Positions 36,155 through 45,146 of a stretch of DNA of 64,000 bases are shown here, piece after piece; within the stretch, counting starts at the first letter, position 1, and the number at the start of each line of letters is the position of its first letter. Source of the stretch: an uncultured Chloroflexia bacterium (GTDB lineage Bacteria > Chloroflexota > Dehalococcoidia > Dehalococcoidales > RBG-16-60-22); the NCBI GenBank assembly GCA_963739515.1, contig CAVUAO010000003.1:393891-457890 (forward strand). The letters run 5' to 3'. A model generated the notes under the pieces. That model saw nothing but the letters and a program-made list of their open reading frames with translations. It made no database searches and was not told where the DNA came from. The position numbers and the translations under genes were made by a program.

Positions 36155-37062
36155 AAGCCGGCCGGAAACACCGCGGGATAAAAATCGCGGGGATAGTCGC
36201 GGGCGCGTTACTGGTCATCTACACCGGACTATCGATCTACGGCGCGACGGTCGCCATGCCCCTGCCGCGCCTGCCGCTCAACCCGGACATTTCCCCGGCC
36301 TCCCTGGGACTTGAATACCAGAACATATCGTTCAGGAGTCGCGAGGACAACGTCCTGCTCAAAGGATGGTTCCTGCCCGCGCCGGGCGACACGGCCATCA
36401 TTATCGTCCACGGCGGCTACCAGAACCGGGTGGATGATAACGTCGATACCCTGCCGCTGGCACACGACCTGGTGCAAAAAGGATACAATATGTTCCTCTT
36501 CGACCTGCGGGGGAGGGGGGAATCGGAAGGCCAGGGGCTGGCCCTGTCCAATATCGAGAAGGACGTCGGGGGGGCGGTAGACTACCTCGAATCCAGGGGA
36601 TATCCGGCCAAGCGGATAGCCATACTGGGGTTCTGCTCCGGGGCGGCTTCCTCGGCCATCTTCGCCAGCCAGAACAGCGTCGGCACCCTGATGCTGGTCG
36701 GCTGCTTCGCCACGGTGCATAACATCGTGATTACGGAAGCGAAACACGAGGGAATACCCGCCTGGTTGACGAACATCTTCGCGCCGGGCGTTCTTTTAAT
36801 GTCCGAAGCCATCTATCACTACAAGTCGATAGACCCGAAGGACATTATCGGGGATATCGCTTGCCCGATACTCTTCATCCACGAGGAGAATGACGAATAT
36901 ATCTCGCGGGGGGAAATGGAGGGGCTTTACCGTGCCGCCCGGGAACCGGACAGCGAGTTCTGGGAGGTGAACGACTGCCTGCACAGTCAAGCGTATAAAA
37001 CATATCCGTTAGAGTTCATCGCAAAAGTGGACGGATTTCTGACGAAGGCGATAAAAAATTGA
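36151..37062 (+). CDS. Alpha/beta hydrolase, dienelactone-hydrolase-like Cys nucleophile elbow
   Basis: N-terminal TM anchor. Nucleophile elbow GFCSGA (GxCxG, as in dienelactone hydrolases). The start overlaps the PHP gene stop (ATGA). Confidence 0.6.
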   Translation: MKAGRKHRGIKIAGIVAGALLVIYTGLSIYGATVAMPLPRLPLNPDISPASLGLEYQNISFRSREDNVLLKGWFLPAPGDTAIIIVHGGYQNRVDDNVDTLPLAHDLVQKGYNMFLFDLRGRGESEGQGLALSNIEKDVGGAVDYLESRGYPAKRIAILGFCSGAASSAIFASQNSVGTLMLVGCFATVHNIVITEAKHEGIPAWLTNIFAPGVLLMSEAIYHYKSIDPKDIIGDIACPILFIHEENDEYISRGEMEGLYRAAREPDSEFWEVNDCLHSQAYKTYPLEFIAKVDGFLTKAIKN

Positions 37063-37066
37063 TTCC

Positions 37067-37582
37067 TCAAATATTCTCGCCCTGGTAGACGCCGCGATAG
37101 CCCTCAGATTCTCCGGTCAATTCAAAGAAAACCAGCTGGGTAAGGCGGGCGTTTTTCTGGACGCGAAAACCGTAGGGATTATGCACCATCAGCAGAGACT
37201 GCGAACGCCCCTCGTAGCCGGCGTCCCAGACGGCCGTGCCCACGTTAACGCCGCAACGCAGCAGGGAGGAGCGGGGGCGGCCCAAAGCCATGATATGCTT
37301 CGGCAGGTGCACGATTTCATTATAAGTAATCATATAAATGCCGGCGGGGAGGTCGAGATAGCCCGCGGGGTCGAACACCAGTGGGGAAAGCTCAGAAACA
37401 ATCCTATCGCGATTATCGGCGGTTACTTGCCCGGCCGACTGCATCAGGGCGCAGTCGCGCAGGGTAAGGTCGAAGCCGTTAGTCTGCACCTGCTCGTCCA
37501 GATTCAGCCAGCCCTCAACGAGGGGAGGTTTCGCATTGATGAGCCGACGAATATCTTTTCCCGATAAGACCGACATTGCCAC
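37067..37582 (-). CDS. dCTP deaminase / dUTPase-superfamily protein
   Basis: 171 aa. ..LSGKDIRRLI.. and ..VQTNGFDLTLRD.. resemble Dcd/archaeal-type Dut N-terminal motifs. Confidence 0.6.
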   Translation of the reverse strand: MAMSVLSGKDIRRLINAKPPLVEGWLNLDEQVQTNGFDLTLRDCALMQSAGQVTADNRDRIVSELSPLVFDPAGYLDLPAGIYMITYNEIVHLPKHIMALGRPRSSLLRCGVNVGTAVWDAGYEGRSQSLLMVHNPYGFRVQKNARLTQLVFFELTGESEGYRGVYQGENI

Positions 37583-37588
37583 CTGCTT

Positions 37589-38353
37589 CTATTTAGTCAG
37601 ACGCCGCCGCATGGTCACCAGAGTTATCGAAAAGAATACTACAATATAAGCCGCCATAATACCAATCGCCAGCCAGAGATGGTCGGGCATTTGACCCTTA
37701 AAAAGCCCCCGGATTATTTCCACCGGCGGACGCAGCGGGGTGAACCAGCTGATGTCCCGGAGCACTTTAGGGAAAGTATCCAGCGGGAAAAAGACGCCGC
37801 TCAAAAGAAACAGCGGGTTGATAATCAGCGTAAAGAAAAAGTTGAAGGCATAAATCGAGGGAACGATGGAGGTATAGAAGAGCGAGATAGCCGAGAAGAG
37901 GACGCCTTCCACAAAAGCCACCGGCAGGATGAGGACCGCCCAGGGCGAGGCGATAAGCTGAAAAACGCCGGCGACACCCAGCACGATAGCACCGGTCAGG
38001 AGGGCGCGGGTGGCCCCCCAGAAAATTTCCCCGGCGGTGATATCCTCCACATTCACCGGGGTAGCCATGATGGCATCGTAGGTGTGCTGGTGCTCCATGC
38101 GGAGAAACGCCGAATAACTGCATTCATTGCTGGAGCTGAACATCGCGTAGGAGGCAATCATGCCGGGAGCAATGAAATTGATGTACTGCTGGCCGTTAAT
38201 CAGTCCCATAAAAGCGCCCATCCCCAGTCCGAAGGCGAGAAGGAGCAGGACCGGCTCGACAAAGGAAATGGGCATCTCGAAATGCCAGAGACGGAAGAAC
38301 ACGTCCCGGTTACGCTGCCAGACGCGGAAAAAACGCCAGGAAAACATCTTCAT
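37589..38353 (-). CDS. ABC-2 type transporter permease
   Basis: 254 aa with ~6 hydrophobic helices. It overlaps the upstream ATPase gene by 4 nt. Confidence 0.75.
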   Translation of the reverse strand: MKMFSWRFFRVWQRNRDVFFRLWHFEMPISFVEPVLLLLAFGLGMGAFMGLINGQQYINFIAPGMIASYAMFSSSNECSYSAFLRMEHQHTYDAIMATPVNVEDITAGEIFWGATRALLTGAIVLGVAGVFQLIASPWAVLILPVAFVEGVLFSAISLFYTSIVPSIYAFNFFFTLIINPLFLLSGVFFPLDTFPKVLRDISWFTPLRPPVEIIRGLFKGQMPDHLWLAIGIMAAYIVVFFSITLVTMRRRLTK

Positions 38354-39243
38354 TCGAGCAGCGACCTCCCCGTAAGCTTAAAAAAGACGTCCTCCAGCGT
38401 GGCAGGTCGGGTCCTCCCCGGCAACCCATCCAGCTGGTCGTCCGCGAAATGGAAAATATACACCACATCCGCGGCCTCTTCGAACTCAAGTTTACGTCGA
38501 TTCAGCTCGGCGACCAATTTATCGCGCGCTTCCGATTCAAACTCAATCTCCCAGATACGCTCGCCGATATAGCGAGAAACGAGCTCCGGCGGGCTGCCGA
38601 TAACGATAATCCGGCCCTGGTGCATCACCGCCACTCTCTTACACAGGAAGGCGGCCTCTTCCATGTTCTGGGTGCAAAGCAGCTGCGTCACGCCCTGCGC
38701 CTTGAGCTCTTTGAGCTTGCGCCAGACCATGTGCTTGGCCTGGGGGTCGAGCCCGATGGAAGGCTCGTCCAGTATCAGGATTTTGGGATTATTAATCAGG
38801 CCGCGGCCGATGAGCAGGCGGCGCTTCATACCACCCGAAAGCTCATCGATTTTGCTCTTCATCCTGTCCTCGAGCTGAATGGACTTGAGAATTTCCAGGC
38901 TGCGGCGGTTCGCTTCCCCGGCGGGGATAGCGAAATAGCGGGCGAAGGTGCGCAGATTCTGAATGACATTCAGGTCCTCATCGAGATTATCGACCTGCGG
39001 CACCACGCCCAGTCTGGCTTTAATCTCGCGGGGATGCCTCTTTATATCCAGTCCGTCCACCCAGATATCCCCGGCGGTGGGCGGGGAAACGGCGGTAATC
39101 ATCCTGATGAGCGTGGTCTTGCCGGCGCCGTTGGGTCCGAGCAAGCCGAAGCACTCGCCCGGCTCTATCTCCAGGTCGACATTCTCCACGGCGACCAGCT
39201 TCTTAAATTTTTTCGTCAAATGGGACGTTTTAATGATGGACAT
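38350..39243 (-). CDS. ABC transporter ATP-binding protein (DrrA/NodI-like)
   Basis: Walker A GPNGAGKTT, signature LSGGMKRRL, Walker B ILILDEP. Confidence 0.9.
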   Translation of the reverse strand: MSIIKTSHLTKKFKKLVAVENVDLEIEPGECFGLLGPNGAGKTTLIRMITAVSPPTAGDIWVDGLDIKRHPREIKARLGVVPQVDNLDEDLNVIQNLRTFARYFAIPAGEANRRSLEILKSIQLEDRMKSKIDELSGGMKRRLLIGRGLINNPKILILDEPSIGLDPQAKHMVWRKLKELKAQGVTQLLCTQNMEEAAFLCKRVAVMHQGRIIVIGSPPELVSRYIGERIWEIEFESEARDKLVAELNRRKLEFEEAADVVYIFHFADDQLDGLPGRTRPATLEDVFFKLTGRSLLE

Positions 39244-39311
39244 GGTACTCCGTTTTTAGACAATTTTTTTATTGTATCGTATTTTATAGCTAAAAAGCAA
39301 TAGGGGAGTGT

Positions 39312-39528
39312 TTAAGAGGGGCGATTTAGAAAAACCCCCTTGGTCCCCCTTTACAAAGGGGGAAAGATTGATGAGGGTGTTAAAGAGGGGTTTCGCCCCT
39401 CTTCTAATTTCTTCCCCCTCTCCTTGAAAGGAGAGGGGTTCACCCTGAGGGGTTCTCCCTGAAGGGAATATAAGGGGGTGAGGTAGACTTAAATCCCTCT
39501 TGGTCTCCCTTTACGAAAGGGAGAAAGA
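39312..39528 (+). repeat. GC-rich hairpin repeat cluster: module 3, module 1, module 3
   Basis: Module 3 at 39329-39366 (..CCCCCTTTACAAAGGGGG..). Module 1 at 39382-39484 (AAGAGGGGTTTCGCCCCTCTT..CCCCCTCTCCTTGAAAGGAGAGGGG..AAGGGGGTGAGGT). Module 3 at 39489-39527 (TTAAATCCCTCTTGGTCTCCCTTTACGAAAGGGAGAAAG). Confidence 0.85.
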
Positions 39529-39551
39529 ACTTTCTGTGCGCAATATTTAGT

Positions 39552-39615
39552 TGATTCCCGGTCAGGCCGGGAATGGCGTGCAATGAACGGATTCTTCGCC
39601 GTGCTCAGAATGACA
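39552..39615 (+). repeat. Family E hairpin repeats (two adjacent variants)
   Basis: GATTCCCGGTCAGGCCGGGAATGGCGTGCAATGAAC followed by GGATTCTTCGCCGTGCTCAGAATGACA. Confidence 0.7.
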
Positions 39616-39681
39616 CAACGGAAAATCTCTTGACCGTGCTATTATACGTTCTTTATAATTAATGCTCAGGACGTTAAAACA

Positions 39682-40092
39682 ATGGCAGGCAGAAGGCATA
39701 AGGCGCGGACGATAGCGCTGCAGGCATTATACGAGGTGGATGCCGTGGCGCGTCAACCAGAGGCGGTGACCGAACGGTTACTGGCCGAAGCGGGGTTAAC
39801 CGCAGAAAACAGCGAGTTCGTACGGGAGCTAGTGAACGGCACCGTCAAAAACAGGGAAGAAATCGACCGGAAAATTCATAAGTACGCCCCGGCCTGGCCG
39901 GTAGACCAAATAGCGATCATCGACCGGAACATCCTGAGACTTGCAATCTTCGAAATTTTATTCGATAATAAAGTACCGGTAAATGTAGCGGTAAGCGAAG
40001 CGGTGGAACTGGCGAAGACCTTTGGCAGCGACAAATCATCCAAATTCGTGAACGGGGTGCTGGGGACGGTAAGCACGCTGGCCACCCGCTAG
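39682..40092 (+). CDS. nusB: Transcription antitermination factor NusB
   Basis: 136 aa. ..[16 protein letters not shown].. N-terminus and ..[22 protein letters not shown].. are typical NusB motifs. Confidence 0.88.
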   Translation: MAGRRHKARTIALQALYEVDAVARQPEAVTERLLAEAGLTAENSEFVRELVNGTVKNREEIDRKIHKYAPAWPVDQIAIIDRNILRLAIFEILFDNKVPVNVAVSEAVELAKTFGSDKSSKFVNGVLGTVSTLATR

Positions 40093-40115
40093 AAGCTCTG
40101 AGAAGGGGGAAAAAA

Positions 40116-40370
40116 GTGGCAAGTGTTTTCGATAAAATAAAAGCGATAGTCGTGGAGCAGCTTGGCGTCGAAGCGAAAGACGTCGTGCCCACGGCCAGCT
40201 TTGTGGAGGACCTGGGCGCCGATTCACTCGACCTGGTAGAACTGATAATGTCGTTAGAAGAGACGTTCAGCACATCGGACCGGAAAGTCGAGATACCTGA
40301 CGAAGCCGCCGAGAAAATCGTGACCATACAGGACGCCATCGATTTCCTGAAAGAACAGGGGATAGAATAG
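40116..40370 (+). CDS. acpP: Acyl carrier protein
   Basis: 84 aa with the ..[11 protein letters not shown].. phosphopantetheine attachment motif; GTG start. Confidence 0.9.
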   Translation: MASVFDKIKAIVVEQLGVEAKDVVPTASFVEDLGADSLDLVELIMSLEETFSTSDRKVEIPDEAAEKIVTIQDAIDFLKEQGIE

Positions 40371-40398
40371 GCGAATAACCCCAGCCAAGCCCGGATTT

Positions 40399-41181
40399 TT
40401 AGATACCCTTTGCCCAGTCCACGGCGTTTTTAAATATCTGCAAACCGTAAAGGTCCTGCCGTTCCTTTTCCCTCGTCCAGCGGGGATGCTGCGTCCAGCG
40501 AATGAAGTCCTCGGGGTGGGGCATCAAGCCAAAGATACGGCCGGACGCGTCACAGATGCCGGCGATATCATTGACCGAACCGTTGGGATTAGCAGGATAG
40601 CCAGGTTTAGCCTTTCCCTTAGCGTCAACGTACCGCACAACGACATTAAGTTTTTCCAGCATGCCCGGCTCGGCGACGAGCTTGCCCTCGCCGTGGGCGA
40701 CGGGGACGTACATGCCCTTCATCCCCTTCGTAAAGACGCAGGGGCTTTGCTCATTCACCTTGAGATAGACCCAGCGGCACTCGAACTTACCAGAATCGTT
40801 ATTGGTGAGCGTGACCGGCTGGGCGCTCCGGCCGGGAATGCCGGGCAGGATGCCCGTTTTCACCAGCACCTGGAAGCCGTTACAGATACCCAGCACCAGG
40901 CGGCCGTCAGCGACGAATTTCTTAATATCCCGTCCCAGGCGGAGTCGGATTTCATTAGCCATGATACGACCGGCGGAGATATCATCGCCGTAAGTAAAGC
41001 CGCCGGGAATGACGGCGATATGATAATCGGAGATGCTTTTTTCCTGGCGGAAAAGCTCACCGACGGTGGTGGAAGCGACCGCGGCGCCGACCATTTCAAA
41101 GGCGATTTGAGTATCAACATCGCGGTTGGTACCGGGGGCGCGGAGCATCAGGACTTTTACCTTAGACATGTTTTTTACCAT
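40399..41181 (-). CDS. purQ: Phosphoribosylformylglycinamidine synthase glutaminase subunit
   Basis: 260 aa. ..LGICNGFQ.. nucleophile elbow and ..MPHPE.. His motif. An alternative start is ATG 41169 (MSKVKVLMLR..). Confidence 0.88.
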   Translation of the reverse strand: MVKNMSKVKVLMLRAPGTNRDVDTQIAFEMVGAAVASTTVGELFRQEKSISDYHIAVIPGGFTYGDDISAGRIMANEIRLRLGRDIKKFVADGRLVLGICNGFQVLVKTGILPGIPGRSAQPVTLTNNDSGKFECRWVYLKVNEQSPCVFTKGMKGMYVPVAHGEGKLVAEPGMLEKLNVVVRYVDAKGKAKPGYPANPNGSVNDIAGICDASGRIFGLMPHPEDFIRWTQHPRWTREKERQDLYGLQIFKNAVDWAKGI

Positions 41182-44024
41182 CTCAAAGGCTTCTGCCAGG
41201 CCTCTTTAAGGTCGGCGATAAGTGAGGAAAGGACAACGCCGCCCTTAAGGCCGCGGACCTCAAGCTTGTTATCACCAGTGACCCGCCCGACTTCAGCGAA
41301 ATCAACGCCGGAAAGGGCTTTTTCGAAGGCTTTTTTATTTACCGGGGCGACCTCGACGAGAAAACGGGAATTGGACTCAGAGAAGAGGATAAAATCATCG
41401 CGGTCGATTTGCTCCGCCAGCGGGACATTTTTAAGATTTATGGCCATGCCCAAACCGCCGGCGAAAGCCATCTCCGCCGCCGCCACACCGATACCGCCCT
41501 CAGAAAGGTCGTGGCAGGCTTTGACTAATCCGTGTTGCGTCGCCGAGGAAAGGGCATTCATGATTTGCTTCCCCTTTTCCGGATAGACTTTAGGGACGGA
41601 GTTGCCGATATAACCGCGATTAGCCAGATAATGCGAGCCGCCCAGCTCGTTATAGGTCGCGCCGACGATATACATCAAATCGTCCGCCTGTTTTAAATCC
41701 ATCGAGACCGCCCTGCCGATATCGTCCATCACAGCCATGGCGGAGATAAGGAGGGTGGGCGGGATACAGATGCTGCCTTGCTCGGTCTCGTACTCGTTAT
41801 AGAGACTGTCCTTGCCGGAGATAAACGGCGCGCCGTAGACTTTAGCAATATCGTAGCAGGCCTGCAGCGCTCTCACCAGCGTACCCAAGCGGTCGGGCTT
41901 TTCCGGGTTGCCCCAGCAGGAGTTATCCAGCAAAGCCACCTCGTCGAGGGTGCCGCCGACGGCGATAACCTGTCTTAATGCTTCATCAATGGCGGAGGCG
42001 GCCATCCAGTAGGTATCGATATCGCCGTACTTGGGATTAATACCGTTAGAGACGATAAGTCCCTTCGGGGAATCCGAGAGCGGGCGGATAACGGCGGCAT
42101 CGCCGGGGCCGTCGTTAGCAGCGCCCACCAAGGGCTTGAGCACGCTGGTGCCCTGGACCTCGTGGTCGTACTGGCGGATGACCCACTCCTTGCTGCAAAC
42201 GTTCCAGGCGCCCAGTATTTTTGTCAGGTCGGGGGCGAGGTCGGGGGGACAAGAGAAATCGGGTTCGGGGTGGCGGGGCGGCTGCCAGAGCGCTGCCCGC
42301 TCCAGTTGGGGCAGGCCGTTATGCAGGAACGCCATATCGAGGTCGGCGACGAGATTGTTATTATAATAAAGGCGGAGTCGGCGGTCATCGGTAAACTCGC
42401 CGATAACGGTCGCTTCCACGTCTTCGTTCTGACAGATAGCCAGAAGGCGGTCGAGGTTCTCCGGCGGGACGGCCAGCAACATGCGCTCCTGCGACTCGGA
42501 GACCCAGATTTCGGTATAAGACAGGCCGGAGTATTTCAGCGGGACTTTCTCTAAATCGACGCGGACGCCGGTCTCCTCCGCCATCTCCCCTACCGCCGAG
42601 GATAAACCGCCGCCACCGCAATCGGTGATGCGGCGGTATAAACCGAGGTCGCGCGCCTGGATAATGGCGTCGAGGGCTTTCTTCTCCACGATAGCGTTGC
42701 CGATCTGGACGGAACTGGAAGAAAGCGTCTCGGACTCCTTATCGAGCTCGCCGGAGGCAAAGGTCACGCCGTGGATGCCGTCGCGGCCGGTCTTGCCCCC
42801 CACCACCACGACGAGGTCGCCGGGCTTTTGCATACCCTTCCGGCCCATATTGACAGGCATGATGCCCACCGTGCCGCAATACACCAGCGGGTTGCCTACG
42901 TAACGCTCGTCAAAAAAGATGGAGCCGTTGGAAGTGGGGATACCCATGCGGTTACCGTAGTCGGCCACGCCGGCGCGGACGCCCTTAAAGATACGGCGCG
43001 GGTGCAGGACGCCCTTGGGTAATTTCTCATAAGGGAAATCGGGGGGGCCGAAGCAAAAGACATCGGTGTTCATGATGGGTTTGGCGCCCAGTCCAGTGCC
43101 GAGGGGGTCGCGGATAACGCCGCCGATGCCGGTAGCCGCGCCGCCATAGGGCTCAACCGCCGAGGGATGGTTATGTGTCTCCACCTTAAAGCAGACGGCG
43201 TAACGGCCATCGAAATCGATAACGCCGGCGTTGTCCTTAAAGACCGAAAGGCACCAGGGCTTATTAAGCTCGCGGGTGACCTTCATCACGGTGCTCTTCA
43301 TTAAATTATCGATGGTCTTTTTGCCCAGCGTGATTTTAGCTTTAAAAGTCTTATGGATACAGTGCTCCGACCAGGTCTGCGCTAAAGTTTCCAGCTCGAC
43401 ATCGGTGGGCCGGCGGCCTAATTTCTTAAAATAGTCCTGGATGATGCGCATTTCCTGAATATTCAGCCAGAACCGGCCCTTGCTGAGAGCCATTAAAGCG
43501 TCGTCGTCCATGGAGGCGATATCGATTTTTTCCAGCTTGAAGCTATAGGTCGCCGGGCGCAAAGCCACGGCTTCCCGATGGGCGACAAGGTGCTGGACGA
43601 CGCTGTTGACCAGCAGCTTGTCCGATACGGACTTAATTATATCGCCGGAAAGGTCGCCCCAGAAAAGGTATTTTTTAGCCGTGCGGACGGCGGTAATGGT
43701 CGCGATACCGAGGTCGCGGATGCCCTTTTTAACGCTATCCTCGACGGGGTCCATGACGCCGGGATTGTAGGCGACCTCCACGAGGCGGGCGCCGGGCGGG
43801 GCGGGACTATCCTCCGTGGCATACTCCTCAACAATGGGGTCGGTGAGAAGCTCGCGGCAGACGGTCGAAAACTGTTTCTCGTCCAGTCTGCCTTCCAGCA
43901 GATAGATACTGCTGACCTTAACGCGCGCGACCGACTTAATACCGAGGTCGAGAATGTCCTTGAGCAGCCCCCCGGAACGGGGGTCGGCGAAGCCTTCTTT
44001 GACCGAGACCTCGATGCGGTACAC
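41175..44024 (-). CDS. purL: Phosphoribosylformylglycinamidine synthase subunit PurL with N-terminal PurS-like domain
   Basis: 949 aa, GTG start. The N-terminal ~80 aa (MYRIEVSVKEGFADPRSGGL..) are PurS-like. A small-PurL core follows (..ETHNHPSAVEPYGGAATG..). Confidence 0.9.
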   Translation of the reverse strand: MYRIEVSVKEGFADPRSGGLLKDILDLGIKSVARVKVSSIYLLEGRLDEKQFSTVCRELLTDPIVEEYATEDSPAPPGARLVEVAYNPGVMDPVEDSVKKGIRDLGIATITAVRTAKKYLFWGDLSGDIIKSVSDKLLVNSVVQHLVAHREAVALRPATYSFKLEKIDIASMDDDALMALSKGRFWLNIQEMRIIQDYFKKLGRRPTDVELETLAQTWSEHCIHKTFKAKITLGKKTIDNLMKSTVMKVTRELNKPWCLSVFKDNAGVIDFDGRYAVCFKVETHNHPSAVEPYGGAATGIGGVIRDPLGTGLGAKPIMNTDVFCFGPPDFPYEKLPKGVLHPRRIFKGVRAGVADYGNRMGIPTSNGSIFFDERYVGNPLVYCGTVGIMPVNMGRKGMQKPGDLVVVVGGKTGRDGIHGVTFASGELDKESETLSSSSVQIGNAIVEKKALDAIIQARDLGLYRRITDCGGGGLSSAVGEMAEETGVRVDLEKVPLKYSGLSYTEIWVSESQERMLLAVPPENLDRLLAICQNEDVEATVIGEFTDDRRLRLYYNNNLVADLDMAFLHNGLPQLERAALWQPPRHPEPDFSCPPDLAPDLTKILGAWNVCSKEWVIRQYDHEVQGTSVLKPLVGAANDGPGDAAVIRPLSDSPKGLIVSNGINPKYGDIDTYWMAASAIDEALRQVIAVGGTLDEVALLDNSCWGNPEKPDRLGTLVRALQACYDIAKVYGAPFISGKDSLYNEYETEQGSICIPPTLLISAMAVMDDIGRAVSMDLKQADDLMYIVGATYNELGGSHYLANRGYIGNSVPKVYPEKGKQIMNALSSATQHGLVKACHDLSEGGIGVAAAEMAFAGGLGMAINLKNVPLAEQIDRDDFILFSESNSRFLVEVAPVNKKAFEKALSGVDFAEVGRVTGDNKLEVRGLKGGVVLSSLIADLKEAWQKPLRW

Positions 44025-44033
44025 AGCAGCTCC

Positions 44034-44061
44034 TTAGTAATTAGTTATTAGTATTTAGTTG
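44034..44061. repeat. Heptamer-spaced TAG array (TTAGTNN)x4
   Basis: TTAGTAA TTAGTTA TTAGTAT TTAGTTG lies between the purL start and the stop of the upstream gene. It carries stops in all frames on both strands. Confidence 0.7.
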
Positions 44062-44972
44062 CCCCACCCCACCCGTTTATCGATCCGGTTGACCAGGAAA
44101 GTAAGCCAGCGGCTCGGCGCGGCGTCCTGGGCAAAGTCAAAATCCGCGTAAGCGGAGTCGAAAGCTTCGGCAAAATAGCGGCCGTCCACGGCTTTATTAT
44201 GCACATAATCCAGCATAGTTTGAAAGTCCGGGCGGCTGACGGCATAAGGAAAAAGCGAAAGGCAATCCAGGACACGCAGGATGCCATATTTCACGGCGGG
44301 ATATTGCAGGCTCATGAAACGACGGCCGACGCCGAACCCATGCAAATTAGCCCGCGACCGCCAGTGCTCCAGCAACAAATCGATAGCGCCCTTAAGCGCC
44401 GGCGATTGCCGGTACGGCGCGTACTGGCCGAGCAACATCAGGATATTCAAGTTGTCCATGGGGCAGGCATCGATAGCCGAAGCGCCCGGCTCATCGCCGT
44501 AACAATGCCAGCCGCCATCGCCACAACGGGAATTCATCACCAGACGGATATATTTTAAGATACGGGGGTCGTCACGATAGCCCATCTTCACCAGAGAAGA
44601 GAGCAGAATAGCAGACATGCAGAAATAGTTTTCCTGGACGTTGGGGGGGATAGTAAAAGAGCCATCCGGCGACTGAAAACGGAAGATTTCCTCCGCCTCG
44701 TTTTTTAAATTTAATTCAGCCACCGATAAGCCAATATCAGATAGAAAGAAGAGGTCCCAGTAGGCCTTGCCGGTCTCCGTATAATGCACCCGGCCGGACT
44801 TTAACGCGGGCAGGCCCACTTCTTTGCTTTTAAGTCGGGCGACAAGCTTTTGAATCGAGTTGTCTTGCAGTACGGGGGCGACACCGGGTTTAGCATCCAG
44901 AAGCTGCAGTGCCACGGCGTACCTGAGCCAGGCGGGTCCCGCCAATAACCATTCGAGGACTGTTTTATCCAA
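44055..44972 (-). CDS. Alpha/alpha-toroid (prenyltransferase / squalene-oxidase-repeat-like) protein
   Basis: ..QSPDGSFT.. and ..RCGDGGWHCYG.. are repeat motifs. The track ORF extends to 45143, but that extension covers the catalase terminator and a promoter-like TTTACC-17-TATAAT. I favour TTG 44972 (MDKTVLEWLLAG..). Confidence 0.4.
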   Translation of the reverse strand: MDKTVLEWLLAGPAWLRYAVALQLLDAKPGVAPVLQDNSIQKLVARLKSKEVGLPALKSGRVHYTETGKAYWDLFFLSDIGLSVAELNLKNEAEEIFRFQSPDGSFTIPPNVQENYFCMSAILLSSLVKMGYRDDPRILKYIRLVMNSRCGDGGWHCYGDEPGASAIDACPMDNLNILMLLGQYAPYRQSPALKGAIDLLLEHWRSRANLHGFGVGRRFMSLQYPAVKYGILRVLDCLSLFPYAVSRPDFQTMLDYVHNKAVDGRYFAEAFDSAYADFDFAQDAAPSRWLTFLVNRIDKRVGWGN

Positions 44973-45071
44973 AATTATCGAAGGCAAACCAGCGTTTCCA
45001 CGGCAATAGAGTGAGGATGTGCTGACACTTATATTATACCGTTTTCCAGGGGGAGGGTAAAGGGGAAGAGA

Positions 45072-45121
45072 ATAACAAAAAAGGGAGTGAAGCTTGTCAA
45101 GACGGCCAACCTCACTCCCTT
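45072..45121 (-). terminator. Rho-independent terminator downstream of the catalase gene
   Basis: On the minus strand: AAGGGAGTGA (20-nt loop) TCACTCCCTT followed by TTTTTGTT. It is a perfect 10-bp stem starting ~25 nt after the catalase stop. Confidence 0.6.
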
Positions 45122-45146
45122 TATGATCAAACGGATAAATCAATCA

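Noticed and set aside
41169-41181. Possible frameshift or overlap problem at the purL/purQ junction.
   Set aside because: Both genes read through cleanly. The only ambiguity is the choice between two in-frame purQ ATGs (41181 or 41169).
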